From positions 2,996,497 through 3,028,496 of the forward strand of contig NC_003902.1 in the NCBI RefSeq assembly GCF_000007145.1: a stretch of 32,000 nt of DNA, given 5' to 3'. A model generated the notes under the pieces. The model was not told where the DNA came from. It searched no databases and saw only the letters and a list, made by a program, of their open reading frames with translations. Position numbers and translations under genes: made by a program. Source of the DNA: Xanthomonas campestris pv. campestris str. ATCC 33913 (GTDB taxonomy: Bacteria; Pseudomonadota; Gammaproteobacteria; Xanthomonadales; Xanthomonadaceae). Positions 1-10,722 of the stretch are shown here, piece after piece (position 1 is the stretch's first letter; each line of letters opens with the position of its first letter).

Positions 1-1885
1 GCATGCCGGCGCGCAGACCGACCAGGTCGATGAACTCGAACCCAGCCAGACCCAGCTCACCACCCAGTGCGCGCAGCACGCGCCAGCCCTCACGCGCCTC
101 GACCGGCAACCGACCCGCAGCACGTGCGGTCTGCACGCGGCCATCGAGATTGGTCAGCGACGCATCGATTTCCGGCAGTGCGCCGATCGGCAAAATCACA
201 TCGGCCACGTCGCGTGTGGATGCACAGGCGAACTGGCTGAAAGCCACGACTTTCGCGCCGGCCAGCGCGCTGCGCGCAGCGGCCGCATCGGCAAAATCCA
301 GACCGGGTTCGATGCCGTACACCACATACGCCTGACGCGGCTCGGCAAACATGCCGGCGACTGTCCGCGCAGTCGGCAACACGCCCTGCGAGACCAGGCC
401 GACCGCGTTGGCGCCCTGCGGGATCCGGCACAGCGACGCACCGGTTGCCGCTGCAAAGGCACGTGCCGCTGCACGCAGCGTCGCCGCCTGCGGATGATTT
501 TCTGCCAATGCGCCGACCACGATCACGGCGCGGCTTGCGCCCTTGACCGCATCACGCAGCGTGGCGTCGTCCAGCGCGCCAGCCAGCTGAGTCGGCGAGA
601 CCACCGTCCGGCTGGCCTGGGTGAAGGCGAAATCGAAATCGACCGGGTTGACCGAATGGATCTGGGTGCGGTTCTGGATGCTCGCCTTGCGCAGGCGGGC
701 ATGCAGCAGCGGCAGCTCATGGCGCACGTTGGTGCCGAACAGCACCACGACATCGGCCTGTTCGATCTCGGCCAGCGGCGTGGCAAAGGCTTCGGCAACA
801 GCGGCGTCGGAGAAATCGCGGTTGAGCAGGCGGTGATCCAGGTTGCCGCTGCCCAGGCCCTCGGCCAGACGCGCCAGCAAGGCGCCTTCTTCGTTCGAGG
901 TGGCCGGGTGCACCAGCACGCCGAGCTGATCACCGGCGTTATCGCGCAGGATCTGCGTCGCAGCGGCCAGGCCTTCGGCCCAGCTCACTTCGGTCCATTC
1001 ACCGTTGACCTTCTTGAGCGGCTTCACCGCACGGTCTTCGGCGTACAGGCCCTGATGCGAATAACGGTCGCGATCGGACAGCCAGCACTCGTTGACGGCT
1101 TCGTTCTCGCGCGGCACGGTGCGCAGCACTTCGCCGCGACGCACGTGCAGGAACAGGTTGGAGCCCATCGCATCGTGATAACCGAGCGATTCACGTGCCA
1201 TCAGTTCCCACGGACGCGCACGGAACTGGAACACCTTGTTGGTCAGCGCGCCCACCGGGCAAACGTCGATGACGTTGCCGGAAATTTCAGTGGTCAGCGG
1301 CTTGCCGTCGTAGGTGCCGATCTGCAGGTTCTCACCGCGATACATACCGCCCAGCTCGTAGGTTCCGGCGATATCGGCGGTGAAGCGCACGCAGCGCGTG
1401 CACTGGATGCAGCGGGTCATCTCGGTCGCCACCAGCGGGCCGATGTCTTCGTCCGGCACCACGCGCTTGCGCTCATTGAAGCGGCTCACCGAACGGCCGT
1501 AGCCAAGCGAGACGTCCTGCAATTCGCACTCGCCGCCCTGATCGCAGATCGGGCAGTCCAGCGGGTGGTTGATCAGCAGGAATTCCATCACGCTGCGCTG
1601 GTACTTCAGCGCTTTTTCGCTGCGCGTGGTGACCTTCATGCCGTCCATCACCGGCGTGGCGCAGGCAGGCGACGGCTTGGGCGACTTTTCAACATCGACC
1701 AGGCACATGCGGCAGTTGGCCGCAATCGGCAGCTTCTCGTGGTAACAGAAGCGCGGGATCGGGATGCCGGCCTTGTCGGCGGCCTGGATGATCATCGAGC
1801 CCTTCGGCACCACCAGCGACTGCCCGTCGATCTCGACGGTGACATGGTCCGGTGGCACGTTCGGGTTCACTGGTTGGGCGCTCAT
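1..1885 (-). CDS. nuoG: NADH-quinone oxidoreductase subunit G (NuoG), N-terminal ~628 codons; 3' end runs off the window
   Basis: Absent from the ORF track because it has no in-window stop. My minus-strand translation from the ATG at 1885 reads [71 protein letters not shown]. Downstream Fe-S cysteine motifs are [18 protein letters not shown] and [17 protein letters not shown] overlap with the nuoF stop (1882-1885). Position fits nuoA-G order. Confidence 0.93.
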   Translation of the reverse strand, partial: MSAQPVNPNVPPDHVTVEIDGQSLVVPKGSMIIQAADKAGIPIPRFCYHEKLPIAANCRMCLVDVEKSPKPSPACATPVMDGMKVTTRSEKALKYQRSVMEFLLINHPLDCPICDQGGECELQDVSLGYGRSVSRFNERKRVVPDEDIGPLVATEMTRCIQCTRCVRFTADIAGTYELGGMYRGENLQIGTYDGKPLTTEISGNVIDVCPVGALTNKVFQFRARPWELMARESLGYHDAMGSNLFLHVRRGEVLRTVPRENEAVNECWLSDRDRYSHQGLYAEDRAVKPLKKVNGEWTEVSWAEGLAAATQILRDNAGDQLGVLVHPATSNEEGALLARLAEGLGSGNLDHRLLNRDFSDAAVAEAFATPLAEIEQADVVVLFGTNVRHELPLLHARLRKASIQNRTQIHSVNPVDFDFAFTQASRTVVSPTQLAGALDDATLRDAVKGASRAVIVVGALAENHPQAATLRAAARAFAAATGASLCRIPQGANAVGLVSQGVLPTARTVAGMFAEPRQAYVVYGIEPGLDFADAAAARSALAGAKVVAFSQFACASTRDVADVILPIGALPEIDASLTNLDGRVQTARAAGRLPVEAREGWRVLRALGGELGLAGFEFIDLVGLRAGM

Positions 1886-3216
1886 GCGGCCACTCCGACA
1901 TGCGTGTCGACGATCGAACGACCGTTGACGATGTAGTACTCGAATTCGTCCCAGAACTGGCGCAGGAAGCCCTGGATCGGCCATGCCGCCGCTTCGCCGA
2001 ACGCGCAGATGGTGTGACCTTCGATCTGGCCGGCCACGGTGCGCAGCTGGTGGAGGTCTTCCATCGTGGCCTTGCCGGCGACGATGCGCTCCAGCACGCG
2101 ATGCATCCAGCCGGTGCCTTCGCGGCACGGGGTGCACTGGCCGCAGGATTCCTTGTGGAAGAACTGCGAGATGCGGCAGGCAAACCGCACGCAGCACACG
2201 CTGTCATCCAGCACCACGATGGCGCCGGAACCCAGACCGGTGCCAAGCGCGCGCAGGGTGTCGTAATCCATCTGCAGGCCAGCGACCTGGTCGGCCTTCA
2301 GCACCGGCATCGACACGCCGCCGGGCACCACGCCCTTGAGCTTGCGGCCCGGACGCAGGCCACCGGCCATTTCCAGCAGTTCGTCGAAGGTGGTGCCGAG
2401 CGGCACTTCGAAATTGCCGCCCTTCTGCACGCAGCCGGACACCGAGAAGATCTTCGGGCCGCCGTTCTTGGTCTTGCTCAACCCCAGGAACCACTCCGGG
2501 CCATTGCGAATGATCGCTGGCACCGACGCGTAGGTCTCGGTGTTGTTGATGGTGGTGGGCTTGCCGTACAGGCCGAAGTTCGCCGGGAACGGCGGCTTGT
2601 AGCGCGGCTGGCCCTTCTTGCCTTCCAGCGATTCCATCAGCGCGGTTTCTTCGCCGCAGATGTAAGCGCCAGCGCCCAGCGCACCATAGATATCGATATC
2701 CACGCCGCTGCCGAGAATGTTCTTGCCCAGCCAGCCGTTGGCATAGGCATCGGCCAGTGCCAGCTCGAAATTTTCGAACGGCTCGTGATGGAACTCACCA
2801 CGCAGATAGTTGTAGCCCACGGTCGAGCCAGTGGCGTAGCAGGCGATTGCCATGCCCTCCACCACCGAGTGCGGGTTGTAACGCAGGATGTCGCGGTCCT
2901 TGCAGGTCCCCGGCTCGGATTCGTCCGAATTGCACAGGATGTACTTCTGCATGGTGCCCTTGGGCATGAAGGACCACTTCAGACCAGTCGGGAAGCCCGC
3001 GCCACCGCGGCCGCGCAGGTTGGAAGCCTTCACCATTTCGATGACGTCGCCCGGCGGGATCTTCTCTTCGAGGATCTTGCGCAGCGCGGCGTAGCCACCG
3101 GTCTTCAGATAGCTTTCGTACGACCACGGGGTGTCGTAGTGCAGGGTCGTGTAGACGACCTGATGCGGCAGCGGCGCCGGACCGACCGGGCCTGAGGGTG
3201 CGTGATGATGTGCCAT
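1882..3216 (-). CDS. nuoF: NADH-quinone oxidoreductase subunit F (NuoF, 51 kDa FMN/NADH-binding subunit)
   Basis: 444-aa ORF with [13 protein letters not shown] (FMN/NADH site) and [12 protein letters not shown] (4Fe-4S cluster). Lies between nuoE and nuoG. Confidence 0.97.
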   Translation of the reverse strand: MAHHHAPSGPVGPAPLPHQVVYTTLHYDTPWSYESYLKTGGYAALRKILEEKIPPGDVIEMVKASNLRGRGGAGFPTGLKWSFMPKGTMQKYILCNSDESEPGTCKDRDILRYNPHSVVEGMAIACYATGSTVGYNYLRGEFHHEPFENFELALADAYANGWLGKNILGSGVDIDIYGALGAGAYICGEETALMESLEGKKGQPRYKPPFPANFGLYGKPTTINNTETYASVPAIIRNGPEWFLGLSKTKNGGPKIFSVSGCVQKGGNFEVPLGTTFDELLEMAGGLRPGRKLKGVVPGGVSMPVLKADQVAGLQMDYDTLRALGTGLGSGAIVVLDDSVCCVRFACRISQFFHKESCGQCTPCREGTGWMHRVLERIVAGKATMEDLHQLRTVAGQIEGHTICAFGEAAAWPIQGFLRQFWDEFEYYIVNGRSIVDTHVGVAA

Positions 3217-3219
3217 TCC

Positions 3220-3747
3220 TTACTCCAGCCCGTCCAGTAGCGCGTCGACCTTTTCTTTCGTCAGGTGCTCGTGGTAATGGCCGTTGATGACCATCATCGG
3301 CGCTGCAGAGCAGGCCGCCAGGCATTCTTCTTCGCGCTTGAGGTAGACGCGCCCATCGGCGGTCGACTGACCCAACTTGCAGCCCAGCTTCTTTTCGGCG
3401 TGCGCCAGCAGATCTTCAGCGCCGTTGAGCCAGCAGCTGATGTTGGTGCAGAACGCCACGTTGTGGCGGCCGACCTTCTCGGTTTCGAACATCGAGTAGA
3501 AGCTGGCCACTTCGTAGGCCCACACCGGCGGCAGCTCCAGATACTTGGCCACGCCCACGATCAGCTCGTCGGTCAACCAACCCTGGTTCTGTTCCTGCGC
3601 GGCATGCAGACCCTGCAACACGGCCGAACGCTTGCGGTCGGGCGGGAACTTGCTCAGCCAATGATCGATGTGCGCGCGCGTCTTGTCGCTCAGCACTACC
3701 TGCGGATCGACGTCGCGCGCCGCTTCGAAATTACCCGTCGCCTTCAT
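3220..3747 (-). CDS. nuoE: NADH-quinone oxidoreductase subunit E (NuoE, 24 kDa 2Fe-2S subunit)
   Basis: 175-aa ORF with thioredoxin-like 2Fe-2S cysteines ([11 protein letters not shown] and [11 protein letters not shown]). ATGA overlap with the nuoD stop at 3744-3747. Confidence 0.96.
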   Translation of the reverse strand: MKATGNFEAARDVDPQVVLSDKTRAHIDHWLSKFPPDRKRSAVLQGLHAAQEQNQGWLTDELIVGVAKYLELPPVWAYEVASFYSMFETEKVGRHNVAFCTNISCWLNGAEDLLAHAEKKLGCKLGQSTADGRVYLKREEECLAACSAAPMMVINGHYHEHLTKEKVDALLDGLE

Positions 3748-5051
3748 CGGTCAACCTCACCGAAAACCAAATCGTAAGTACCGATCATCGCCACGACGTC
3801 GGCCAGCAAATACCCGCGCACCACCGCGTCCATCGAGGACAGATGCGCAAAGCCCGGTGCGCGCAGATGCACGCGGAACGGCTTGTTGGCGCCATCGGAC
3901 ATCAGGTAGCAGCCGAACTCGCCCTTGGGCGCTTCAACGGCGCAATAAGTCTCGCCGGCGGGAACGCAGTAGCCTTCGCTGAACAGCTTGAAGTGATGGA
4001 TCAGCGCTTCCATGTCGTCCTTCATGCCTTCGCGGCTTGGCGGAGCGACCTTGAAATTGGTGACCATGACCGGGCCTGGATTGGCCTTCAGCCACTTCAC
4101 GCACTGCTTGATGATGCGGTTGGACTCGCGCATCTCGGCCACGCGCACCAGGTAACGGTCGTAGCAGTCGCCGTTGGTGCCGACCGGCACGTCGAAGTCC
4201 ACCGCGTCGTACTTGGCGTACGGCTGCTTCTTGCGCAGATCCCATTCGATGCCCGAACCACGCAGCATCGGACCGGTCATGCCCCAGGCGCGCGCCAGAT
4301 CCGGGCTGATGATGCCCACGTCCACGGTGCGCTGCTTCCAGATGCGATTCTCGGTCAGCAACGTTTCGTATTCGTCCACACGGGACGGGAACGTGTCGGT
4401 GAAGTTCTCGAGGAAATCCAGCATCGAGCCTTCGCGCGCGGCGTTGAGCTTGGTCAGCGCCCCGCCCTTATGCCAACGCGATTCCTTGTACTTGGGCATG
4501 CGGTCAGGCAGATCGCGGTAGACGCCGCCCGGACGGTAATAGGCGGCGTGCATGCGCGCGCCACTGACCGCCTCGTAGACGTCCATCAATTCTTCGCGCT
4601 CGCGGAAGGCGTAGAGCATCACCGCCATCGCGCCGAGGTCGAGCGCATTGGAACCCACCCACATCAGGTGGTTCTTGATGCGGGTGATCTCGTCGAACAT
4701 CGTGCGGATGTACTGCGCGCGCTCCGGCGCTTCGATCCCCATCAGGGATTCGATCGCGCGCACGTAGGCGTGCTCGTTGCACATCATCGACACGTAATCC
4801 AGGCGGTCCATGTACGGAACCGACTGGTTGAACGGCTTGGACTCGGCCAGCTTCTCGGTGCCACGGTGCAGCAGGCCGATATGCGGGTCGGCACGCACCA
4901 CGGTTTCGCCGTCCATTTCCAGGATCAGGCGCAATACGCCGTGCGCCGCAGGATGCTGCGGGCCGAAGTTCATCGTGTAATTGCGGATTTCCTGCTTGCT
5001 TTCCACAGGATTGCTCGCGAAGGCATCGGTTGCCTGGCGGTACTCACTCAC
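3744..5051 (-). CDS. nuoD: NADH-quinone oxidoreductase subunit D (NuoD, 49 kDa subunit)
   Basis: 435-aa ORF with [15 protein letters not shown] near the N-terminus and a C-terminal [11 protein letters not shown]. 4-nt overlap with the nuoC stop. Confidence 0.97.
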   Translation of the reverse strand: MSEYRQATDAFASNPVESKQEIRNYTMNFGPQHPAAHGVLRLILEMDGETVVRADPHIGLLHRGTEKLAESKPFNQSVPYMDRLDYVSMMCNEHAYVRAIESLMGIEAPERAQYIRTMFDEITRIKNHLMWVGSNALDLGAMAVMLYAFREREELMDVYEAVSGARMHAAYYRPGGVYRDLPDRMPKYKESRWHKGGALTKLNAAREGSMLDFLENFTDTFPSRVDEYETLLTENRIWKQRTVDVGIISPDLARAWGMTGPMLRGSGIEWDLRKKQPYAKYDAVDFDVPVGTNGDCYDRYLVRVAEMRESNRIIKQCVKWLKANPGPVMVTNFKVAPPSREGMKDDMEALIHHFKLFSEGYCVPAGETYCAVEAPKGEFGCYLMSDGANKPFRVHLRAPGFAHLSSMDAVVRGYLLADVVAMIGTYDLVFGEVDR

Positions 5052-5800
5052 TTGGCAGTCTCCGACTTGCCCACTTCACCAGCGGCAGTCTCATAACGCG
5101 CGTCGTCGCGGATCACGCGCGGCACGCCGACACGCGGCTCCACCGAGGTCACCGGCTCGTACACCACGCGCTTGCGCTCGTCGTCGTAACGCACTTCGAC
5201 GTTGCCGATCAGCGGGAAGTCCTTGCGGAACGGATGGCCGACAAATCCGTAGTCGGTCAGGATGCGGCGCAGGTCCGGATGGCCATCGAACACGATGCCG
5301 AACAGGTCGAACGCCTCGCGCTCGAACCAGTTCACACCCGGCCAGATGTCGGTCAACGACGCCACCACCGGCACCTGCTCGTCGGGTGCATAGCACCGCA
5401 CGCGCAAACGCTGGTTGTGCTGGTAGGAAATCAGCTGGGCCACCACCGCGAAGCGCTGCGTCGGCAGCTGCTGCGGTTGGGCACCGTTGGAACTTTCTTG
5501 GCTGGGGAATTCACCCCAGGCAAAGCGACCCAGCGCCTTGCCCTCGACACCACGGCTGAAACCCTGGGACGACACGTCGGCGGTGTCCCACTCGTCGCTG
5601 CCGTAGCCCAGGTAATCGACGCCGCACAGGTCGCTGAGCTGCTCGAAACCGAGCTCGTCGCGCAAGGCAAGACAGGTGGCGTGCCACTGTGCCGCAGCGA
5701 CTTCCAGCGTCACTTCGCCGCGCGGCTGGACCACGGAGATCTGCGCACCGGCGAAACGCGCCGCTAGTCGGTCAGTGAAGGAAGATGCTTGCTCTGCCAT
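5048..5800 (-). CDS. nuoC: NADH-quinone oxidoreductase subunit C (NuoC, 30 kDa subunit)
   Basis: 250-aa ORF with [30 protein letters not shown], characteristic of the 30 kDa subunit. Separate from nuoD (not fused). Confidence 0.95.
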   Translation of the reverse strand: MAEQASSFTDRLAARFAGAQISVVQPRGEVTLEVAAAQWHATCLALRDELGFEQLSDLCGVDYLGYGSDEWDTADVSSQGFSRGVEGKALGRFAWGEFPSQESSNGAQPQQLPTQRFAVVAQLISYQHNQRLRVRCYAPDEQVPVVASLTDIWPGVNWFEREAFDLFGIVFDGHPDLRRILTDYGFVGHPFRKDFPLIGNVEVRYDDERKRVVYEPVTSVEPRVGVPRVIRDDARYETAAGEVGKSETAK

Positions 5801-5836
5801 GGGGGCTTGGCTGCTCTCGGTAGGAGAAGACGGGTG

Positions 5837-6391
5837 TCAGCGTGCGATCGTCTGGGTGCGCCAGATTTTCTTCTGCAGCTGCAAGATGCCGTAGACCAGC
5901 GCCTCGGCGGTCGGCGGGCAGCCCGGGACATAGATGTCCACCGGCACGATGCGATCGCAACCGCGCACCACCGAATACGAATAGTGATAGTAGCCGCCGC
6001 CGTTGGCGCAGCTGCCCATCGAGATGACCCACTTCGGGTCGGGCATCTGGTCGTAGACCTTGCGCAATGCCGGCGCCATCTTGTTGACCAGAGTGCCGGC
6101 GACGATCATCACGTCGGACTGGCGCGGCGACGGGCGGAACACCACGCCGTAGCGGTCCAGGTCCAGGCGCGCTGCACCGGCGTGCATCATCTCGACTGCA
6201 CAGCAGGCCAGACCAAAGGTCATCGGCCACATCGAACCTGTACGCGCCCAGTTCAACAGCGCATCGACGCTGGTGGTCACGTAGCCCTTTTCGAGCAACG
6301 GGTTTTCGCCTTCCGGGCGCAGGATGTCTTCGACCCGGCCTTCCGGCATCGGGTTGGTCATCAGACGATCCAGGGTCTGAATCACTCCCAT
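5837..6391 (-). CDS. nuoB: NADH-quinone oxidoreductase subunit B (NuoB, PSST/N2 cluster subunit)
   Basis: The track ORF 5837-6853 is over-extended. The homologous part starts at [10 protein letters not shown] (ATG at 6391; 184 aa). Contains [22 protein letters not shown] and VPGCPP cluster-N2 motifs. 10-nt overlap with the nuoA end. Confidence 0.95.
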   Translation of the reverse strand: MGVIQTLDRLMTNPMPEGRVEDILRPEGENPLLEKGYVTTSVDALLNWARTGSMWPMTFGLACCAVEMMHAGAARLDLDRYGVVFRPSPRQSDVMIVAGTLVNKMAPALRKVYDQMPDPKWVISMGSCANGGGYYHYSYSVVRGCDRIVPVDIYVPGCPPTAEALVYGILQLQKKIWRTQTIAR

Positions 6392-6738
6392 TCCAGCGCT
6401 CCCTTCTTCCACACGTAGATAAAACCGAGGAACAACATGCCGACGAACAGGCCCATGGTGACCAGCGAGCGTGCGCCGATCTCCATGAACACCTGTGTCC
6501 ACGGCACGATGAAGATGATTTCCAGATCGAACACGATGAACTGGATCGCGATGAGGTAGTAGCGCACATCGAACTTCATGCGCGCGTCTTCGAATGCCTC
6601 GAAGCCACACTCGTATGGCGAAAGCTTGCGCGCGTCCGGGCTGCGCGGAGCGAGGAACCGACCAATCAACATCAGCACGATGCCGATGCCAGTGGCGACA
6701 ACCAGAAACAGCAGACTCGGCAAATATTCGGCCAGCAC
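6382..6738 (-). CDS. nuoA: NADH-quinone oxidoreductase subunit A (NuoA)
   Basis: The three-TM NuoA-like sequence starts at a GTG (6738): (M)[18 protein letters not shown]...[10 protein letters not shown]...KKGALEWE, 118 aa. Purine-rich AGAGAG lies ~8 nt upstream. The upstream part of track ORF 6382-6843 would run up to the tRNA and looks non-coding. Confidence 0.9.
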   Translation of the reverse strand: MLAEYLPSLLFLVVATGIGIVLMLIGRFLAPRSPDARKLSPYECGFEAFEDARMKFDVRYYLIAIQFIVFDLEIIFIVPWTQVFMEIGARSLVTMGLFVGMLFLGFIYVWKKGALEWE

Positions 6739-6843
6739 AGCGATTCTCTCTTGCCTCTGCCCGCACGCGCCGCGTGCCGGCATGGGGTATAGGCAGACCC
6801 CGCGCCGGCATTGCCGCGATGCGCAGGAACTGCAGCCAAACAA

Positions 6844-6928
6844 TGGTGCCCAAGAGGGGACTCGAACCCCTACGACCTAAGTCGCTACCACCTCAAGGTA
6901 GTGCGTCTACCAATTCCGCCACCTGGGC
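6844..6928 (-). tRNA. leuU: tRNA-Leu, anticodon GAG (class II, long variable arm), CCA encoded
   Basis: Minus-strand read: GCCCAGGTGGCGGAATTGGTAGACGCACTACCTTGAGGTGGTAGCGACTTAGGTCGTAGGGGTTCGAGTCCCCTCTTGGGCACCA. 7-bp acceptor stem with one G-U. Anticodon stem CTACC/GGTAG with loop TTGAGGT. T-arm GGGG-TTCGAGT-CCCC. Directly downstream of secG, as in the E. coli secG-leuU operon. Confidence 0.95.
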
Positions 6929-6966
6929 ATACGTTGCGCCGCTGGGCATCCCAGTGCGCAGCGTAT
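6929..6966 (-). other. Extended hairpin in the secG / tRNA-Leu spacer, abutting the tRNA 5' end
   Basis: ATACGTTGCGC (6929-6939) pairs with GCGCAGCGTAT (6956-6966) with one mismatch. An inner CTGGG-CAT-CCCAG stem-loop sits at 6942-6954. No U-tract follows. Function (processing or partial termination) not established. Confidence 0.4.
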
Positions 6967-6977
6967 TGTAACCGCCT

Positions 6978-7466
6978 TCAGTCTTTTTGTGCTGGTTCCG
7001 GCGTCTTTTCTTCGCGTGCGGCAGGCGCCGGCTGCGTCGGTGCGGACTGCACAGGTGTTGCGGCAGGTGCAGTGGCCGGCTCGGCCGCAGCAGGCAACGG
7101 CTGCGAGGGAGCGGTGGGCACTGCGCCAGCGGCAGGCGCCTGCGGCAACGGCTGGGTCAACTCACCCGCGGCGGCCGGAGCCGGCGTGGCCGACTGCGAC
7201 ATCACGCCCAGGTTCTGGTCGGTGGGACGGGCGCCATGGGTGGCGTACCAGGCCATGAACAGGCTGATGCTGAAGAACACCACCGCCAGCCACTTGGTCG
7301 ACTTGGACAGGAAGTTCGACGCACCCTGCGAGCCAAACACCGTGCCCGACGCGCCCGCGCCGAAGCCCGAGCCCGCCGCCGCACCGGCGCCACGCTGCAT
7401 CAGGATCAGCGCAATCATCGCCAGCGCGACCAGCACGTAGACCACATTGAGGATCAACATCAGCAT
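6978..7466 (-). CDS. secG: Preprotein translocase subunit SecG with a long Pro/Ala-rich C-terminal tail
   Basis: 162-aa ORF. The first ~75 aa show the SecG two-TM pattern with a Gly-rich loop (LMQRGAGAAAGSGFGAGASGTVFGSQGASNFLSKST). The rest is low-complexity PAPAA/PTAP sequence. Synteny is tpiA-secG-tRNA-Leu. Confidence 0.9.
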   Translation of the reverse strand: MLMLILNVVYVLVALAMIALILMQRGAGAAAGSGFGAGASGTVFGSQGASNFLSKSTKWLAVVFFSISLFMAWYATHGARPTDQNLGVMSQSATPAPAAAGELTQPLPQAPAAGAVPTAPSQPLPAAAEPATAPAATPVQSAPTQPAPAAREEKTPEPAQKD

Positions 7467-7499
7467 TTCGAAATCCGTCCCCGGACAAAACTTAATGGG

Positions 7500-8255
7500 T
7501 TAACAAGCGGCCGCCGCACGCGCAATGGCCAGGAAGTCTTCGGCAACCAGTGATGCGCCGCCGACCAGCCCACCGTCGACGTCGGGCTGGGAAAACAGCT
7601 CGCTGGCGTTGTCGGGCTTGACACTCCCCCCGTACAGGATGGGCAGTGAATCGGCAATTCTAGCATCCGCCTTCGCGACTTCGCCACGAATGAAGGCGTG
7701 CACGGCCTGGGCCTGGTCCGGCGTGGCGGTGCGCCCGGTCCCGATGGCCCAGATCGGCTCGTAGGCCACCACGGCGCGGGCGAATCCGGCACTGCCGACC
7801 AGGCTCAGGACCGGCTCCAACTGGGCACGTAGGATTGCCTCAGTCTGACCTGCCTCGCGCTGTTCCAGCGATTCGCCAACGCACAGCACCGGGATCAACC
7901 CGGCATGCATTGCGGCGGCAAACTTGCGCGCGACCAGCTCGCTACTTTCCTGGTGATACTGACGGCGCTCCGAATGCCCGACCAGGCCGTATTCGGCACC
8001 GACATCCACCAGCATCGAGGCGGACACTTCACCGGTGTAGGCGCCCTTCTCGTTGCTACTGACGTCCTGTGCACCGAATGCCAGGTGGTGGGCCTCGAAG
8101 TCCTCGATCAGATCACCGAGATACGGCAAGGGCGGCAGGATGACGACATCGACACCCGCCAGGGGCATGTGCGCGGCCACCTGCGCCACCAGTTCGGTGG
8201 CGAAGGCACGCGTGCCATGCAGCTTCCAATTTCCAGCAACGATCTTTCGACGCAT
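7500..8255 (-). CDS. tpiA: Triosephosphate isomerase
   Basis: The homologous part starts at MRRKIVAGNWKLHG (ATG at 8255; 251 aa). Motifs: AGNWK, GHSERR, AYEPIWAIGTG, YGGSV. The upstream part of track ORF 7500-8399 is rejected as extension. Confidence 0.95.
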   Translation of the reverse strand: MRRKIVAGNWKLHGTRAFATELVAQVAAHMPLAGVDVVILPPLPYLGDLIEDFEAHHLAFGAQDVSSNEKGAYTGEVSASMLVDVGAEYGLVGHSERRQYHQESSELVARKFAAAMHAGLIPVLCVGESLEQREAGQTEAILRAQLEPVLSLVGSAGFARAVVAYEPIWAIGTGRTATPDQAQAVHAFIRGEVAKADARIADSLPILYGGSVKPDNASELFSQPDVDGGLVGGASLVAEDFLAIARAAAAC

Positions 8256-8367
8256 CAGGTGCAGGTTCCTGAGTTGAAGACAGGCGTGAGAATAGCCCAT
8301 GCCCTGTCGGTACCCGGCAGACTTGTGTCCGATGCGTGTCCCATTTCGCCCTAACCAGGAACCTGCC

Positions 8368-9183
8368 ATGTCCGTTTCGCCTGTCTTCGCCCTGATCACC
8401 GGCGCTTCCAGCGGGATCGGTCGCGAGATTGCCCGTGCCTACGCAGCGCGCGGGATGCCACTAATCCTGACGGCGCGGCGAGTGGACCGGCTGGAGGCGC
8501 TGGCCGCGGAATTGGGCGCGCAGGTGCGGGTGGAAATCCTGCCGGAGGATCTGGGCGACCCCGCCGCCCCTGCCCGGCTGGTCGCCGAAATCCAGCGCCA
8601 GGGCTGGACCGTGGGCACCCTGGTCAACAATGCCGGCTACGGCATGCCAGGGCGGTATCTGCAGAACGACTGGCAGACGCATGCGCGGTTTCTGCAGGTG
8701 ATGGTGACGGCGGTGTGCGAACTGACCTGGCGGCTGTTGCCGATGATCCGCGCCAGTGGCCAGGGCCGGATCCTCAATGTGGCCTCGTTCGCCGCACTGA
8801 CGCCCAGCGCCGATGGCCAGACGCTGTATGCGGCCGCCAAGAGTTTCATGCTGCGCTTCAGCGAGTCGCTGGCGCTGGAGAACGCCGATTGCGCGGTGAA
8901 GGTGTGCGCGCTCTGCCCGGGCTTTGCCTGGTCGGAATTCCACGATGTCACCGGCACCCGCGCGGCGATGTCCACCCTGCCCGGCTGGGCGTGGCTGCAG
9001 GCCGATGCCGTGGCTGCGTACGGCATCGCCGCGCTGGAACGCGGGCAGGTGCTGGCGATACCAGGGTGGCGCTATCGCCTGGTGAACGTTGCGCTGCGCC
9101 TGTTGCCGCATGCGCTGCTGCTGCGGCTGATGGCACGTGGCTCGCACCGGGTGCGTCCTTTGGAGAACGCAAGCGATGCATAA
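8368..9183 (+). CDS. Short-chain dehydrogenase/reductase (classical SDR), substrate unknown
   Basis: Start at MSVSPVFALITGASSGIGREIA (ATG 8368, CAGGA 8 nt upstream). Motifs: TGxxxGxG, NNAG, catalytic S...YAAAK. 271 aa. Divergent from tpiA. Confidence 0.85.
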   Translation: MSVSPVFALITGASSGIGREIARAYAARGMPLILTARRVDRLEALAAELGAQVRVEILPEDLGDPAAPARLVAEIQRQGWTVGTLVNNAGYGMPGRYLQNDWQTHARFLQVMVTAVCELTWRLLPMIRASGQGRILNVASFAALTPSADGQTLYAAAKSFMLRFSESLALENADCAVKVCALCPGFAWSEFHDVTGTRAAMSTLPGWAWLQADAVAAYGIAALERGQVLAIPGWRYRLVNVALRLLPHALLLRLMARGSHRVRPLENASDA

Positions 9184-9270
9184 GTAAGCGACACTGCAAC
9201 TGACAGGCCACATCTCGCGTCGCTCGCGACCGGGAACATGGCAAACAACGCGATGGACAGGGGAAAATCA

Positions 9271-10647
9271 ATGACGACAAGATTCATAATGCGCCATCAA
9301 GCGGAGCTCATTGCGCTCTTCATTGCATCATCGGCTTTCTTTGCAATCCAGCTTGCCATCGATGCCAAGGCATTTACCGGAGATGCCGGAGCCTACTGGG
9401 CCTTGAGCTCAGCAATTACTGAAGGGACCTTCCCCAAGACGATTCGCGGATATTCCTACCCACTTCTACTGACACCATTTAGATTCGCTTTTGACCATTC
9501 AGAGCAGGCTGGATTGTTATTACTCAAGCTCGGGCAATCGATAGGATACGGCTACTTGTTTTCGATCCTCCTTCCGAACCTTTATCAGGTCATATTTGAC
9601 GCCAAACCGTCGGCATTCACCAGACTCATCCCTGCACTCCTGATGGCCTTTGCATTTCCCGGATTGATATCTTACCCGCTCAGCGACGCACCTTCTTTTG
9701 GGATAATGGCGCTAGCCTTATATGCTTGCATCAAGGCCATCAAATCACAGTCCTTCAGTCTTTTGATCGTAGCAGGGCTACTTGCCTATTTAGCCTACAA
9801 CACACGAACCATCTATTTATTTTCCTTCTTTACACTCATGGTCATTGCTGCGATTTTTTTCTCAAAAAGCCTTAAGCAAAGATTTTTTGCATCGACATGC
9901 TTTCTACTAGGCGCACTAGTAGGCGCAGCCCCCCAAATGGCAATTAATTACAGCCACCACTCAACGCGCACCCCACTCGTAGTGACGGATGTCCGCGGCG
10001 CATCCCTATTTGCGCGGCAGCTGGCATGGGGAATGATCGTTGACAAATATGAAACACATATTGACCCCCAGACCAAAAAAGCCATACCCGTATTCTATGC
10101 AAACAACAATGGCGCACTCATCCTCCAACAAAATGGAGGCTTTGAGAACAATCAATCAGTCGTAAAAATAGCTGGCCTGATGACCCAGCATCCAATTACA
10201 TTTATAAATATATATCTCCGTCACATTGCGTTAGCTCTCGATGTGAGGGATGGAGAGGTCTACACTCGGAACCCTACGTCAGAAAAAAATATTCAGTCGC
10301 TGATTTTACTTAGCATCGTCTTATTTGGGCTGACCCAACTTGGCCGAGCAATCTTCTTTCAGGCCTCTAGTGAGCCGGTAAATCGCAGACTTCTTTACAC
10401 GCTCGTGCTCCTGGCGCCTTGCATAGCCATCATTCCCGGCGCCATTGAAACTCGCTTCTTCTTGCCAATTCATTGCCTTTCCTACTGTGCCCTTGCGTTT
10501 GGTGGAATAAAAAAGGAAGCCATCGCAATGCAGCTAGCGTGCACAGCAATCTTGACAGCAGCGATCTTCACGTTTGCCGCAAAGTCGGCAGACAGCCCAA
10601 TCCACTCCCGACCCGAGTCTTACATCCCCACCCCATCGAATATATGA
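9271..10647 (+). CDS. Polytopic inner-membrane protein with GT-C glycosyltransferase-like or Wzy-like topology; function unknown; compositionally foreign (low GC)
   Basis: Start chosen at ATG 9271 (MTTRFIMRH...), preceded by AGGGGAAAATCA. About 12 hydrophobic segments, with a ~125-aa hydrophilic loop after roughly the 8th. The first periplasmic loop, DAKAFTGDAGAYWALSSAI, resembles the acidic/aromatic first-loop motif of GT-C enzymes. A/T-ending codons, unlike all neighbours. Family call is tentative. Confidence 0.75.
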   Translation: MTTRFIMRHQAELIALFIASSAFFAIQLAIDAKAFTGDAGAYWALSSAITEGTFPKTIRGYSYPLLLTPFRFAFDHSEQAGLLLLKLGQSIGYGYLFSILLPNLYQVIFDAKPSAFTRLIPALLMAFAFPGLISYPLSDAPSFGIMALALYACIKAIKSQSFSLLIVAGLLAYLAYNTRTIYLFSFFTLMVIAAIFFSKSLKQRFFASTCFLLGALVGAAPQMAINYSHHSTRTPLVVTDVRGASLFARQLAWGMIVDKYETHIDPQTKKAIPVFYANNNGALILQQNGGFENNQSVVKIAGLMTQHPITFINIYLRHIALALDVRDGEVYTRNPTSEKNIQSLILLSIVLFGLTQLGRAIFFQASSEPVNRRLLYTLVLLAPCIAIIPGAIETRFFLPIHCLSYCALAFGGIKKEAIAMQLACTAILTAAIFTFAAKSADSPIHSRPESYIPTPSNI

Positions 10648-10722
10648 AGCAGGCAACGATCTGGCCACTATGATCGCGTGCAAACTTATGCATCAGTCAA
10701 CCACTCGAGTGCCTATCCATCC

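Noticed and set aside
5837-6853. Over-long N-terminal extensions in the track ORFs for nuoB (to 6853), nuoA (to 6843), tpiA (to 8399), the SDR (from 8299), trHb (to 11343), the DUF3034-like gene (to 12578), the cupredoxin (to 15249), accD, trpF and fimV
   Set aside because: The extensions are Arg/Cys/Pro-rich, overlap upstream genes or the tRNA, and precede obvious native N-termini (signal peptides or conserved starts) that have better-placed start codons and operon overlaps.
9241-10669. Possible direct repeats flanking the low-GC gene (GCAAACAACGCGATGG at 9241 versus GCAGGCAACGATCTGG at 10650)
   Set aside because: Only 11/16 identity by eye, with no integrase or tRNA. Too weak to call attachment sites or a target-site duplication.
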